From: an uncultured Candidatus Saccharibacteria bacterium
Lineage (GTDB): Bacteria; Patescibacteriota; Minisyncoccia; Phycocordibacterales; JACOZG01
Assembly: GCA_964361825.1 (NCBI GenBank)
Contig: CAYICB010000002.1
Location: 5,845 to 69,844 of the forward strand
DNA: 64,000 nucleotides
Reading direction: 5' to 3'
The notes under the pieces were generated by a model that saw only the letters and a program-made list of their open reading frames with translations, was not told the origin of the DNA and ran no database searches. The translations under genes and the position numbers were made by a program. Each line of letters starts with the position of its first letter. Position 1 is the stretch's first letter. Shown here one piece after another: positions 33,476 through 42,904 of the stretch.

Positions 33476-33826
33476 ATGCGCCACCACAATAAAAATCGAA
33501 AGTTTGGTCTGGAGGCGGGTAAACGCCGAGCTTTATTGCGCGCTTTGGCCAGAAACCTAATCCTCAAAGGCAAAATAGAAACCACCGAGGCTAAGGCTAA
33601 GGCCCTTCGACCAATAGTAGAAAAAATGATCACCAAAGCCAAAGTTGGGAACTTGGCCGCCACCCGCCTGCTCGTGTCTAAACTCTCCAGCGTCAGCGCC
33701 GTTCGCACCTTAATCAAAACTCTTGGGCCGCGTTATGCCAAAAGAGCTGGTGGTTATACCAGAATTATTAAGTTGCCGACCAGATTAAGCGATGGGGCGC
33801 GTAAAGCGATTATTGAATTTGTTTAA
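33476..33826 (+). CDS. rplQ: 50S ribosomal protein L17
   Basis: Conserved L17 core; follows rpoA as in the alpha operon. Confidence 0.95.
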   Translation: MRHHNKNRKFGLEAGKRRALLRALARNLILKGKIETTEAKAKALRPIVEKMITKAKVGNLAATRLLVSKLSSVSAVRTLIKTLGPRYAKRAGGYTRIIKLPTRLSDGARKAIIEFV

Positions 33827-33833
33827 AAAAACC

Positions 33834-34181
33834 ATGCAAGAACTACTTATTGACGCCGCCGGAAAAAAATTAGGCCGACTTGCCAGCGAGGCGGCTAAAC
33901 ACTTGCGTGGTAAAAATAGCCCCGCTTTTACGCCCAATAAATTACCCGAAACCAAAGTAAAAATCACCAATGCTTCTAAGGTGATCATTACTGGTAACAA
34001 ACTGGAGCAAGACTTCCGCGCACGGTATAGCGGCTACCCAGGCGGTCTAAAGCGACCAACTTTAAATAAAATTGTGGCCCGCAAAGGTTTGGGCAACCTA
34101 ATCCGCGAAGCGATCGAAGGCATGATTCCGCGGAATAAACTCCGACCTAAAATCATGAAGCATTTAATAATTACCGAATAA
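33834..34181 (+). CDS. rplM: 50S ribosomal protein L13 (start at internal ATG 33834)
   Basis: L13 core motifs. The ATG at 33834 avoids overlap with the rplQ stop at 33826. Confidence 0.9.
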   Translation: MQELLIDAAGKKLGRLASEAAKHLRGKNSPAFTPNKLPETKVKITNASKVIITGNKLEQDFRARYSGYPGGLKRPTLNKIVARKGLGNLIREAIEGMIPRNKLRPKIMKHLIITE

Positions 34182-34183
34182 TC

Positions 34184-34585
34184 ATGACCAAAAAAGCTGT
34201 TAAAAATTACTTCGAAGGCGTGGGACGGAGAAAAGAATCCATTGCGCGAGTGCGCCTTACACCCGCTACCAAGCAAGATATCGTGGTTAACGAACGATCG
34301 TTTGAAACCTACTTTCAGGTCGCCCCGTGGCGCGAACAAATTTTGGCCGCCCTACAAGCCGGTGGAGGAAAATTTAACATGACCGTAAAAGTACGCGGTG
34401 GTGGCACCCACTCGCAAGTGGAAGCGGTGGTTCATGGGATTGGGCGCGCGCTAATTGGCTACGAACCAACCTTGCGCCCGGCCCTAAAAAAGCTCGGTTT
34501 GCTCCGTCGCGACCCGCGAGCCAAAGAACGCCGCAAATTCGGCCTCAAAAAAGCCCGAAAAGCCCCACAGTGGAGTAAGCGTTAA
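34184..34585 (+). CDS. rpsI: 30S ribosomal protein S9
   Basis: C-terminus RRDPRAKERRKFGLKKARKAPQWSKR. Confidence 0.95.
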   Translation: MTKKAVKNYFEGVGRRKESIARVRLTPATKQDIVVNERSFETYFQVAPWREQILAALQAGGGKFNMTVKVRGGGTHSQVEAVVHGIGRALIGYEPTLRPALKKLGLLRRDPRAKERRKFGLKKARKAPQWSKR

Positions 34586-34654
34586 TCTCCTCAGGAAAAC
34601 ACTGTTGGATAGTAAGTTTTAGAAAGTAGGTGGATTACTCCAGCCGCTTTTTGT

Positions 34655-34682
34655 TTGACTTTTTTAAAAATCGGCGTAAGAT
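34655..34682 (+). promoter_or_regulatory. candidate sigma-70 promoter (TTGACT-16nt-TAAGAT) upstream of grpE-dnaK-dnaJ
   Basis: Good -35 hexamer and plausible -10 with 16-nt spacing. No CIRCE inverted repeat seen. Confidence 0.35.
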
Positions 34683-34694
34683 TGATGGTTCAAA

Positions 34695-35276
34695 ATGAAT
34701 AGTGAGGAAAAAGACGAGGAAATTGTACCCGAGCCCTCGAGCGAACTCGAGGCGGGGGAAGAAGGTGACATGGGTGAAGCGGCAATTAAAAAGTTGCGTG
34801 AGCGGATTAAGCGCCTAACAGAAGAAAAACAGGAGTATCTTGACTTATCGCAAAGGCTGAAAGCGGATTATCTGAATTTAAAAAAGGAAGGTGAAACGGA
34901 GAAAGCCAAGATTCGCGAATGGGCCAACGCTGATTTACTTCTTGAACTCCTCAATGTGGCCGACAGCTTCTCGCTTGCCTTGGGGAATCAAGAAGCCCTC
35001 AAGGCCGTGCCGGAAAACTGGCGTCAGGGTGTAGAATATATTTATCAGAAGTTGCAAACTGTCTTTCGCGATCACGGTTTGCTAGAATTTAAACCTCAAA
35101 TTGGCGACTTGTTTAACCCGGAGAGCGAGCAAGCCGTGGAAAAAGTGGTAACGGGCGAGGAGCCCGAGGACGGAAAGATAGTGGCGGTTGTTCAATCCGG
35201 TTACCGTTTACACGATAAGGTGGTGAGGCCAGCGCAGGTGAAGGTGGCCAGTTGGCAATTAGCAGAAAATAATTAA
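34695..35276 (+). CDS. grpE: nucleotide exchange factor GrpE
   Basis: Coiled-coil N-terminus and conserved C-terminal beta domain. Positioned before dnaK. Confidence 0.9.
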   Translation: MNSEEKDEEIVPEPSSELEAGEEGDMGEAAIKKLRERIKRLTEEKQEYLDLSQRLKADYLNLKKEGETEKAKIREWANADLLLELLNVADSFSLALGNQEALKAVPENWRQGVEYIYQKLQTVFRDHGLLEFKPQIGDLFNPESEQAVEKVVTGEEPEDGKIVAVVQSGYRLHDKVVRPAQVKVASWQLAENN

Positions 35277-35286
35277 AATAAAAACC

Positions 35287-37143
35287 ATGGGAAAAATTTT
35301 GGGGATTGACTTGGGGACGACCAATTCCGCCATGGCCTATGTGGAAGGCGGGAGTCCGAAGATTATTGAGAACGCTGAAGGCGCGCGCACCACGCCGTCT
35401 ATTGTGGCGCTCTCGAAGAGTGGTGAACGAATTGTGGGCCTGCTCGGCAAGCGTCAGTCGGTAACGAATCCGCAAAACACCATTTTTGAAGTCAAACGCC
35501 TAATGGGTCACCGCTACGACGACCCGAATATTCAGAAGGATAAACAAACTTTCCCATTCCAAATTGAGAAAAGTGAGGATGGCGGGATCAAGATTAAACT
35601 CGGCGATAAAACTTACCGACCGGAGGAAGTGTCGGCGATGATTTTGCAAAAGCTCAAGCATGATGCCGAGGCTAAGCTGGGGGAAAAAATTGAGGAAGCG
35701 GTAATTACCGTACCGGCTTACTTCGACGACTCGCAACGCAAAGCGACCCAAAATGCCGGAGAAATTGCCGGTTTCAAAGTCCGCCGCATCATCAATGAGC
35801 CCACTGCCGCGGCACTCGCTTACGGCTTTAACAAGAAAAAGGAAGAAAAAATTGTAGTTTACGACTTTGGGGGTGGAACCTTCGATGTTTCGGTGCTCGA
35901 AATTACGGGTGAAGATGGTGAACAAAGCATCCAAGTAAAATCAACCGACGGCGACTCGCACATGGGCGGTGGCGACATTGATCAGAAAATGATTAAGTGG
36001 ATTGGGGATGAATTTAAGAAAGAGTCGGGGATTGATGTAACTCGCGATCCTCTGGCCTTACAGCGCTTGAAGGAAGCCGCCGAAAAAACCAAACACGAAC
36101 TCTCCACCACCCAAGAATCAGAAATAAATATCCCGTTTATTACTTCTGATGCTTCCGGCCCGCGCCACCTTTTGCTCAAAATGACGCGCGGTCAGCTGGA
36201 GAGTTTGGCGGCCGAGTTTATTGATCGCTCGATAGAGATTACTAAGCGCGCCATGGAGGCTTCTGGTTACAAATTTTCTGACATTCATGAAGTGATTATG
36301 GTTGGCGGCCAAACTCGCATGCCGGCAATCGTTGAAGCGGTAAAAAAGCTCTTCGGTAAAGAACCAAACAAAAGCATTAATCCGGACGAAGTGGTGGCCG
36401 TGGGAGCCGCCATTCAGGGGGGAATCTTCCAAGGTGATGTGAAGGATGTTTTGCTTCTTGATGTGATCCCGCTCTCGCTCGGGATCGAGACCTTGGGTGG
36501 CGTGAGCACTAAGCTCATTGAGCGTAATACCACCATCCCCGCCTCGCGCTCGCAGGTGTTCTCTACCGCGGCTGATAATCAAACTTCGGTCGAGATTCAT
36601 ATTACTCAAGGCGAGCGCCAAATGGCCACCGACAATAAGAGTTTGGGGCGCTTTATTCTTGACGGCATCCCACCCTCTCCGCGCGGCATGCCGCAGGTTG
36701 AAGTTTCCTTCGATGTTGATGCCAACGGCATTTTGAATGTAAAAGCAAAAGATAAATCGAGCGGCAAAGAGCAATCAATTCGCATTGAGGCTCGCTCCAG
36801 TCTCTCGAAGGAAGATATCGAGAAAATGAAAAAGGACGCCGAACTTCACGCCGAAGAAGATAAAAAGAAAAAAGAAGAAGCCGAGACTCGCAATATTGCC
36901 GATCAACTAATTTACACCGCCGAAAAGGCGCTAAAAGACGCCGGTGATAAAGTGCCGGGCGATGTGAAAGCGAGCGTGGAACAAAAAATTGCTGATGTAA
37001 AAAAGGCGCGCGAGTCTGGAACCACCGAAGGGATCAAAGCGGCCACCGAGGCTCTATCTAACGAAATACAAAAAATCGGTCAAGCCATGAATCAGGCAAA
37101 CCAACAACCACCAAATCCCACCGAACCACCGCCCCAACAATAA
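35287..37143 (+). CDS. dnaK: molecular chaperone DnaK (Hsp70)
   Basis: [18 protein letters not shown], full-length NBD plus SBD. Confidence 0.97.
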   Translation: MGKILGIDLGTTNSAMAYVEGGSPKIIENAEGARTTPSIVALSKSGERIVGLLGKRQSVTNPQNTIFEVKRLMGHRYDDPNIQKDKQTFPFQIEKSEDGGIKIKLGDKTYRPEEVSAMILQKLKHDAEAKLGEKIEEAVITVPAYFDDSQRKATQNAGEIAGFKVRRIINEPTAAALAYGFNKKKEEKIVVYDFGGGTFDVSVLEITGEDGEQSIQVKSTDGDSHMGGGDIDQKMIKWIGDEFKKESGIDVTRDPLALQRLKEAAEKTKHELSTTQESEINIPFITSDASGPRHLLLKMTRGQLESLAAEFIDRSIEITKRAMEASGYKFSDIHEVIMVGGQTRMPAIVEAVKKLFGKEPNKSINPDEVVAVGAAIQGGIFQGDVKDVLLLDVIPLSLGIETLGGVSTKLIERNTTIPASRSQVFSTAADNQTSVEIHITQGERQMATDNKSLGRFILDGIPPSPRGMPQVEVSFDVDANGILNVKAKDKSSGKEQSIRIEARSSLSKEDIEKMKKDAELHAEEDKKKKEEAETRNIADQLIYTAEKALKDAGDKVPGDVKASVEQKIADVKKARESGTTEGIKAATEALSNEIQKIGQAMNQANQQPPNPTEPPPQQ

Positions 37144-37146
37144 ATT

Positions 37147-38232
37147 ATGGCTAAAAATTATTACGACATTTTGGGCATAAACAAAGGCGCGAGTCAGGAT
37201 GAAATCAAAAAAGCCTTCCACAAACTCGCTCACAAATATCATCCCGATAAATCTGGGGGCGACGAAACCAAGTTCAAAGAAATCAATGAAGCTTACCAAG
37301 TGCTCGGCAATGATAGAAAACGCGCCGAATATGACGCCTACGGTAGCACCTTTAGTAATGCGGGCGGCGGGGGACAGGGCTTCGGTCAAGGCTTCGGTGG
37401 ATTTGACTTTTCTGGTTTTGGTAATGCGGGCAGCGCTGATGGCTTCCAGTTTGATTTGGGCGACATCTTTAGTGAGTTCTTTGGCGGCCGAGGCGGTAGC
37501 CGAGGCCGCGATCGGGGTCGGGATATCTCGGTAGATATTGCCATCACTTTCGCCGAAGCGGTCTTTGGCGCCGAAAGAAAAATTCTTATCTCTAAAGTCG
37601 GCTTATGCGACACCTGTAGCGGGAGTGGTGGCGCCCCGGGCAGTAAAAATAAAAAATGTGAGACTTGCGCCGGCAAAGGTCGCGTACACGAAACCAGAAC
37701 CTCCTTCCTCGGCTCATTTACCAGCGCTCGCGAATGCACGGTGTGTTATGGTCGAGGCGAAACACCGGAGAAAAAATGCCCGACTTGCGGTGGTTACGGC
37801 GCGCTGAAAAAAACCGAGGAGGTGAGAGTGATGGTGCCGGCGGGGATTGAAGCCGATGAAATGATCCGTTTAACGGGTCAAGGTGAGGCCTCGCCCAAAG
37901 GTACTCCGGGTGACTTGTATGTGAAGGTGCACATCGAAAAGCATCCCATTTTCCGCCGTGACGGCGCTAATTTAATTATGGATTTACCAATTAAGCTCAC
38001 TGACGCTTTGCTTGGCGCCACTTATGAAATTGAAACGCTTGACGGTAAATCAAATCTTAAAATTCCTGAAGGAATTGTTTCTGGTGAAATTTTGAAAATA
38101 AAAGATCGTGGCGTGCCAATGCGCGGCAATAAGCGGGGCGACCTAGCGGTTCGAGTAACAATTAAAACTCCAACCAAACTCTCCAAAAAAGCTCGTCTCG
38201 CCGCCGAAACCCTCAAAGAAGAGGGGGTGTAG
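37147..38232 (+). CDS. dnaJ: molecular chaperone DnaJ
   Basis: J domain with HPD; G/F-rich region; four CxxCxGxG zinc-finger repeats. Confidence 0.95.
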   Translation: MAKNYYDILGINKGASQDEIKKAFHKLAHKYHPDKSGGDETKFKEINEAYQVLGNDRKRAEYDAYGSTFSNAGGGGQGFGQGFGGFDFSGFGNAGSADGFQFDLGDIFSEFFGGRGGSRGRDRGRDISVDIAITFAEAVFGAERKILISKVGLCDTCSGSGGAPGSKNKKCETCAGKGRVHETRTSFLGSFTSARECTVCYGRGETPEKKCPTCGGYGALKKTEEVRVMVPAGIEADEMIRLTGQGEASPKGTPGDLYVKVHIEKHPIFRRDGANLIMDLPIKLTDALLGATYEIETLDGKSNLKIPEGIVSGEILKIKDRGVPMRGNKRGDLAVRVTIKTPTKLSKKARLAAETLKEEGV

Positions 38233-38233
38233 A

Positions 38234-38779
38234 TTAACCCCGGGCTTTTTGTTTGGCTTCGTTGATTTTTTGTTTAACAAAATCGGGGCGAGCAGCGAGA
38301 GTGAGGAGAAATTCGCGGGATTCACCGGCCGTTTGAATGCGCAAATCACCATAATTTAACAAAGTAGGAATGAGACCAGCGATATTGGTGGTAATATCTT
38401 GAACATCTTCGAGATGACAGCTGGCCACCTCGCGATGGAAAAAGCCTTTTTGTTCGATATCAATGACTCTTTGGTTAGTAATAATCCACACATCAAGATA
38501 AAAATTGGTCCACGCCACAAAACCAAGAATCCATACCGCCACCAACCACAAAGAATAGGCAAAAAAGAACAACCCACCAAGAAAGGGAATAAAAGACTGG
38601 AGCAAGGCGGGCGCCGTCGCCATTACCAAAAGAAAAAGGAGTTCTAAAAAAATCACAAACCAGTGCCGTCGCGCTCGGCAAATCACCTCTTCGCCACTAT
38701 TTAATAACACCATAGAGAGCAAAAACGGATAAGGTAATAAGTAGGGCCAAACCGAGAAAATAAACCAGCGTAACCCCAA
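38234..38779 (-). CDS. membrane protein with bacterial PH-like domain (YdbS/YdbT-like)
   Basis: Two TM helices followed by a bPH-like C-terminal domain. The start may be an internal Met. Confidence 0.45.
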   Translation of the reverse strand: MGLRWFIFSVWPYLLPYPFLLSMVLLNSGEEVICRARRHWFVIFLELLFLLVMATAPALLQSFIPFLGGLFFFAYSLWLVAVWILGFVAWTNFYLDVWIITNQRVIDIEQKGFFHREVASCHLEDVQDITTNIAGLIPTLLNYGDLRIQTAGESREFLLTLAARPDFVKQKINEAKQKARG

Positions 38780-38927
38780 CCACCGTCGACCGATTTACCA
38801 CATACCGCCACCAGTGATAAACCAAAACGATCGAAAGTAAGGCCACCGCCAAAAGCGCCGCCACCCACAAATACACATAAGCTTGGGGGTTAACTACTGG
38901 AAACATTAATGATATTATAGCTCCCAC
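38697..38927 (-). CDS. hypothetical small membrane protein
   Basis: 76 aa with two TM helices; overlaps the 5' end of the downstream ORF model. Confidence 0.3.
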   Translation of the reverse strand: MGAIISLMFPVVNPQAYVYLWVAALLAVALLSIVLVYHWWRYVVNRSTVVGVTLVYFLGLALLITLSVFALYGVIK

Positions 38928-38929
38928 TT

Positions 38930-39424
38930 ATGATTCTTGCCACCCACGCCATTATTGGTGCCGGTATTGCCACTTTGGTGCCGCAAAATCCGGCGCTGGG
39001 GTTTGGTTTGGCCTTTGCCAGCCACTTTTTGCTCGATGCCATCCCACATTGGGATTACCAACTCAACTCTCGTTATGAGGACCACAGTGATCTCAAAAAT
39101 GATGACATGCTGCTCAACCGCGCCTTTGTGGGGGATTTATTTAAAATTGGGTTGGATTTTGTAATTGGCCTCGCTCTCGCTTGGCTAATTTTAACTTGGT
39201 TAAAACCCGAAATAAGTTTGGTAACGATTCTCTTCGGCGTACTTGGCGGGATGGCGCCTGACTTCCTCCAGTTCGCTTATTTTAAGCTTAAGCGCGAACC
39301 CCTAACCTCCCTCCAGCGCTTCCATCAATGGATCCACACCTCGTGGCGTTTGAAAAACAAGCCCATTGTTGGTCTTGGCCTCCAAGCCCTTCTCGTCACC
39401 ACCTTCCTTGTGCTAGTGTTATAA
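38930..39424 (+). CDS. hypothetical membrane protein
   Basis: 164 aa with four predicted TM helices. Confidence 0.4.
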   Translation: MILATHAIIGAGIATLVPQNPALGFGLAFASHFLLDAIPHWDYQLNSRYEDHSDLKNDDMLLNRAFVGDLFKIGLDFVIGLALAWLILTWLKPEISLVTILFGVLGGMAPDFLQFAYFKLKREPLTSLQRFHQWIHTSWRLKNKPIVGLGLQALLVTTFLVLVL

Positions 39425-39429
39425 TTGAT

Positions 39430-39789
39430 ATGAAAATAAATATCAAAGCGACAGGGATAGAATTAACAACCGCTATTAGATCTTACTTAGAAACCAAGCT
39501 AGAACCCTTAAAAAAGCTTTTGGGAACAAAAGAAGAAGGGGCCATTATTCAAACCGAGCTGGGTAAGGAAACCAAGCATCATAAACACGGAGAGGTTTTT
39601 AGGGCGGAAATTAATTTGAGTTTTGCGGGCAAGCAATTACGCGCCGTAGCCACCGCCAATGATCTCTATGCCGCCATTGATGAAGTAAAAGATGAATTGG
39701 TGCAAGAAACTAAGTCTGGCCGGAGCAAAGCGCAGTCCCGAGTTAAGCGGGGAGCGAGAGCGGCCAAAAAACTTTTAACAGGTAATTAA
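39430..39789 (+). CDS. hpf: ribosome hibernation promoting factor (HPF/RaiA family)
   Basis: MKINIKATGIELTTAIRSYLETKL ... HPF fold. The internal ATG at 39430 was chosen. Confidence 0.8.
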   Translation: MKINIKATGIELTTAIRSYLETKLEPLKKLLGTKEEGAIIQTELGKETKHHKHGEVFRAEINLSFAGKQLRAVATANDLYAAIDEVKDELVQETKSGRSKAQSRVKRGARAAKKLLTGN

Positions 39790-39798
39790 AAAAACGCC

Positions 39799-40437
39799 AT
39801 GCCCAAAGGAGTCATTATTGTTTTTATTATTTTAATCATTTTGGTTTTTGGTCTAATTTTCTTTTGGGGTCAGCCAGTGGAGGAACCAGTTGTCACGCCC
39901 CAAGAACAAGAAACCAAAACCCCAATTACCAAAGAAGAAAACCCTATTATGAATACTGCAATTTTTAAAACCAATCTCGGCGAAATTACTCTCGAGCTTT
40001 ACCCCGACAAAGCGCCAAAAACCGTTGAGAACTTCGTTAAACTCGCTCAAAGTGGCTTTTATAATGGCACCCTATTTCATCGCGTCATTAAAGACTTTAT
40101 GATTCAAGGTGGCGATCCAAACACCAAGAGTGAACCAAAAAATTGGGCGATCCACGGCACCGGCGGGCCGGATTATAAATTCGCTGATGAATTTAATGAT
40201 GTCAAAATTGTGAACGGCGTCCTCGCGATGGCAAATAGTGGGCCCAATACCAATGGCTCGCAATTCTTCATCGTTACCGCTCCGGCCACGCCCTGGCTTG
40301 ATGGTAAACATACCGCCTTCGGCCGCGTGACGGCCGGCCTAGATATTGTTGAGAAAATCGAAGCCGTGGCTACCGACAAAGCCAAAGGCGATCACCCTAT
40401 CGAAGATGTAATCTTGCAAGAAGTGGTGGTGAAATAG
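39799..40437 (+). CDS. ppiB: cyclophilin-type peptidyl-prolyl isomerase with N-terminal membrane anchor
   Basis: FHRVIKDFMIQGGDP, GSQFFI, cyclophilin core; N-terminal TM helix. Confidence 0.85.
   Translation: MPKGVIIVFIILIILVFGLIFFWGQPVEEPVVTPQEQETKTPITKEENPIMNTAIFKTNLGEITLELYPDKAPKTVENFVKLAQSGFYNGTLFHRVIKDFMIQGGDPNTKSEPKNWAIHGTGGPDYKFADEFNDVKIVNGVLAMANSGPNTNGSQFFIVTAPATPWLDGKHTAFGRVTAGLDIVEKIEAVATDKAKGDHPIEDVILQEVVVK
40414..40433. repeat. 20-bp direct repeat copy 1 (TTGCAAGAAGTGGTGGTGAA), 3' end of the cyclophilin gene
   Basis: Perfect copy at 41141-41160; the two copies bracket the HD-hydrolase gene. Confidence 0.85.
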
Positions 40438-40536
40438 TTTTGCTCAACAAACCTAGACAAATTGGGTTGATGGTGATAAACATATGGCCGGATGTGTTTT
40501 TTGGAATGAAACTAAGAAAGTTTAAGGAGAGCGCTG

Positions 40537-41121
40537 ATGGACAACACCAAGTCTCTCATTGAGAGGGCAAAAGAGTTTGCCACGATGGCACATGAGGGTC
40601 AGTTCAGGTTGGGGAAGAAAAAAGAGCCATTCATTGCTCATCCTGCATTAGTGGCCAGTTTGGTTTGCCTTTCCGAAGGAAGAATAGTGGCACAAATTGC
40701 GGCCGCTTGGTTGCATGATGTCGTCGAAGACGCCAGTAATGGCGACCGAGTTGGCATGCACAAAACAATCCGCAAACTGTTCGGCAAAACTGTTGCTGAA
40801 ATTGTTGACGGCCTAACCGATCCACCAGAATTTGAGGGGTTACCTCTTTTGGAAAGAAAGGCTCTTCAGGCGGAGCGCGTAGCCACTAAAAGTGCGGGCG
40901 TAAAGCGAGTCAAGCTCGCCGATCAGATTGCCAATGTGACTTCACTTGCCACGGATCCTCCCATAAAATGGAGCTTGGAAGAACGCCGAAACTATCTAGA
41001 TGGAGCAAGGTTAGTGGCCGAGCAATGTGCTGGGATTAGTCTTTTTCTCGATAACACTTGGACCAGGGCTTATGCGAAAACGGAAGAAGCGCTAGAGAAA
41101 AGGCGCCTTACCGGGGAATAA
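40537..41121 (+). CDS. HD-domain small (p)ppGpp hydrolase-like protein (RelA/SpoT HD domain only)
   Basis: FIAHPALVASLV...AAWLHDVVEDA matches the SpoT/Mesh1 HD hydrolase motif (H..HP..VA....LHDV.EDT). 194 aa; no synthetase domain. Confidence 0.65.
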   Translation: MDNTKSLIERAKEFATMAHEGQFRLGKKKEPFIAHPALVASLVCLSEGRIVAQIAAAWLHDVVEDASNGDRVGMHKTIRKLFGKTVAEIVDGLTDPPEFEGLPLLERKALQAERVATKSAGVKRVKLADQIANVTSLATDPPIKWSLEERRNYLDGARLVAEQCAGISLFLDNTWTRAYAKTEEALEKRRLTGE

Positions 41122-41140
41122 TCCGACTTTTTGCATCACA

Positions 41141-41160
41141 TTGCAAGAAGTGGTGGTGAA
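41141..41160. repeat. 20-bp direct repeat copy 2
   Basis: Identical to 40414-40433. Confidence 0.85.
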
Positions 41161-41253
41161 GTAACTAATTCCTGTTGACTTTTTTCTCAAAATTATTAGT
41201 ATTTAAACTGGCGTTAGTACAAATTCCCGCGATTCTGTTTCGAAAGGAAAAAC

Positions 41254-41472
41254 ATGGCTTCGGATAAAAAACAAAAATATGTTAGGCCGTCTCATTGCAT
41301 TGGCGGCATCGGTTGCCCCGAAGTGAAGATTGAACCGGATTGTGTTCGATTGAGGTTGTCTGATCGGCCGAACAAATCACAAACGTTCTCGTATCAAGAA
41401 TGGCGAGATCTAGTGAGGGCGGTCAAAGCGGGAGAATATGATCTCCCTGGAACAAAGGCTGAAAATCCGTAA
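41254..41472 (+). CDS. DUF397-family small protein
   Basis: CIGGIGCPEVKIEPDCVRLRLSDRPN...FSYQEWRDLVRAVKAGEYD fits DUF397 (CVEVA...V.VRDSKDP....F....W..F...VK.GEFD). Confidence 0.6.
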   Translation: MASDKKQKYVRPSHCIGGIGCPEVKIEPDCVRLRLSDRPNKSQTFSYQEWRDLVRAVKAGEYDLPGTKAENP

Positions 41473-41506
41473 CCAAAACACCAGCAGTGCGCGTGGCAAT
41501 ATGATC

Positions 41507-41539
41507 AAGCTCGAGCCAAGTAAGGCCCGAGCTTTTTTA
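41507..41539. terminator. rho-independent terminator (GCTCGAGCC..GGCCCGAGC plus T6), shared by convergent genes
   Basis: Imperfect 9-bp stem followed by TTTTTT; lies between the DUF397 gene and the fmt 3' end. Confidence 0.5.
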
Positions 41540-42406
41540 TTGTCCGCGTTTAAAGTCTTCCCAACTCATTTCTTTACGGCCTTCGGGAATCACGCTATCT
41601 AAAATAAATTGGTCAGCGGCGAGATGGGCGGCGATAATTTTGACCCGGATGTTTTTACCGTGACGATGAGTGAAAAAATAAGTCCCGGGCCAAGGTTGAT
41701 AAGCGAGAAATTTGCGGTAATTCTCAAGTGGATCAGCGTTTAGATCAAGCTGACCATCTTCTTTGGTAATTTTCTTGGTAAAAGTGGCTTGGGTGTGATC
41801 CTGCGCGGAAGGTTTAACCTTGCCAGCCAGATAGTCCGGTAAAATTTCGAGAAAAAGCTCGGCGCCAAGTTTGGCTAACTCGTCTCGCAATTCGGGATAA
41901 GATTTTTCTTCCGCCAAATTTTGACTTTTTATTTTTGCCTTTTGACTTATTATCGGCCCATGATCCACTTCTTCATCCATCTGCATAATCGTTACACCGG
42001 GCACGGCACCAGTAAGAATGGTGTTTTGAATTGGCGCCGGACCACGAAAGGCGGGGAGGAGTGAGGGGTGGATATTGAGCGTACCGTGCTTAGGTAAATC
42101 AATTACAGCTTTGGGTAAAATCTTACCGTAAGAAGCAACGAGGGCCAGATCGGGGAGGGTCTCAAGGACGCACCTTGGGTCTGGGTTTTTAAGGTGCGTC
42201 CTTTGGATTCGGTCAGGTTGAATAAAAGATAAATTGTTTGCCAAACAAAAAGTCTTGACCGGTGGCGGTGTTAACTCCTGTTTTCTCCCTGAGATAGCGT
42301 CGGGAGTGGTAATTACGGTCACTGGTCTAACTCCTTGTGCTAAGAGATAATCGAGAACCGCCACGGCAAAATCATCGGTACCAAAAAAAATTAATTTAGG
42401 TGTCAT
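41537..42406 (-). CDS. fmt: methionyl-tRNA formyltransferase
   Basis: IFFGTDDFAV; HPSLLPAFRGPAPIQ. Confidence 0.9.
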   Translation of the reverse strand: MTPKLIFFGTDDFAVAVLDYLLAQGVRPVTVITTPDAISGRKQELTPPPVKTFCLANNLSFIQPDRIQRTHLKNPDPRCVLETLPDLALVASYGKILPKAVIDLPKHGTLNIHPSLLPAFRGPAPIQNTILTGAVPGVTIMQMDEEVDHGPIISQKAKIKSQNLAEEKSYPELRDELAKLGAELFLEILPDYLAGKVKPSAQDHTQATFTKKITKEDGQLDLNADPLENYRKFLAYQPWPGTYFFTHRHGKNIRVKIIAAHLAADQFILDSVIPEGRKEMSWEDFKRGQ

Positions 42407-42899
42407 TTTTTACGGCCCGCACATCAGTGGCCAAATCGATAAACAAAACCCCGTTTAAGTGATCAATCTCGTGTTGAAAAATTTGAGCCAGAAGACCCGC
42501 GGCTCGTCGTTCAAACTTTTTCCCATTTTGATCATAAGCCATCACACTCACTTTCTCGGCCCGTTTCACCAAGCCGTAAAGCGGCCGCACGCTCAAACAC
42601 CCTTCTTCTAAAACCACTTTCTTCCGTGAAAATTTAACTATTTCTGGATTAATAAACACTTGATCGGGCGGCGGCGGTTCACCCTCTTTACCAAACACTT
42701 TTCCCGAAACCACAAAAATTCTTTTACTCAAACCAATTTGGGGCGCCGCGAGAGCCACCCCATCATCACAAGCCCCAAGCGCGGCACTCATCCGGCGTAA
42801 TTCATCAATCAAGGCCGGAGTACCAAAATCAGCCGCGGCCACCGGCGCGGCCGTAGCCCGCAAAACTGGAGCTTCAGCTTGTAAAATTTGATTAGTCAT
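42396..42899 (-). CDS. def: peptide deformylase
   Basis: EGCLSV, QHEIDHLNG motifs. Confidence 0.9.
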   Translation of the reverse strand: MTNQILQAEAPVLRATAAPVAAADFGTPALIDELRRMSAALGACDDGVALAAPQIGLSKRIFVVSGKVFGKEGEPPPPDQVFINPEIVKFSRKKVVLEEGCLSVRPLYGLVKRAEKVSVMAYDQNGKKFERRAAGLLAQIFQHEIDHLNGVLFIDLATDVRAVKNDT

Positions 42900-42904
42900 T
42901 ATGG

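Noticed and set aside
34586-34694. CIRCE (HrcA operator TTAGCACTC-N9-GAGTGCTAA) upstream of grpE
   Set aside because: No such inverted repeat is present; only a sigma-70-like promoter candidate was found.
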